Assembly (NCBI GenBank): GCA_020137815.1
Contig: CM035358.1
Coordinates: 7,502,001-7,566,000, forward strand
DNA length: 64,000 bases
From: Hormiphora californensis
Lineage: Eukaryota; Animalia; Ctenophora
Direction: 5' to 3'
The notes under the pieces: generated by a model
Seen by the model: the letters and a program-made list of their open reading frames with translations, nothing else
Database searches by the model: none
What the model was told of the DNA's origin: nothing
Shown: one piece after another, positions 63,985 through 64,000 of the stretch
How the letters are laid out: every line of letters starts with the position of its first letter
How positions within the stretch are numbered: the stretch's first letter is position 1
Made by a program: the position numbers and the translations under genes

Positions 63985-64000
63985 GTGAGAATTTGTAACA

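Overview
Eukaryotic (animal) genomic DNA with short GT-AG introns. The compact style and the unpaired acceptors before start codons would fit a ctenophore-like, trans-splicing genome (inference only). Left part: a 7TM GPCR gene (+), an EF-hand/EFCAB7-like gene (-), and two convergent CR1-group LINEs, one enclosed in 287-bp TIRs. Middle: seven tightly packed co-oriented genes (EXOSC7, an 89-aa orphan, RPL34, GCNA, SMIM8, DBT, PTDSS2), then TMEM94 on the - strand. Right part: an apparently >24-kb TMEM94 intron holding a ~9.4-kb 93-bp array, MITEs, BEN-like, KolX/P2X7-ballast-like and THAP ORFs, and an L2-like LINE split by an intact RNase H-bearing LINE with a 12-bp TSD. Main unexplained signals: (1) the minisatellite arrays are amplified splice junctions, including ~100 decoy 3' splice sites each followed by a stop in TMEM94; (2) a covarying RNA internal-loop motif repeated 6-7 times in the 1.9-kb leader of an ORF1-less LINE; (3) slippery heptamers at equivalent positions in both CR1-like LINEs, suggesting -1 frameshifting; (4) an operon-like gene cluster. 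Family assignments come from motif recognition by eye, not database searches.
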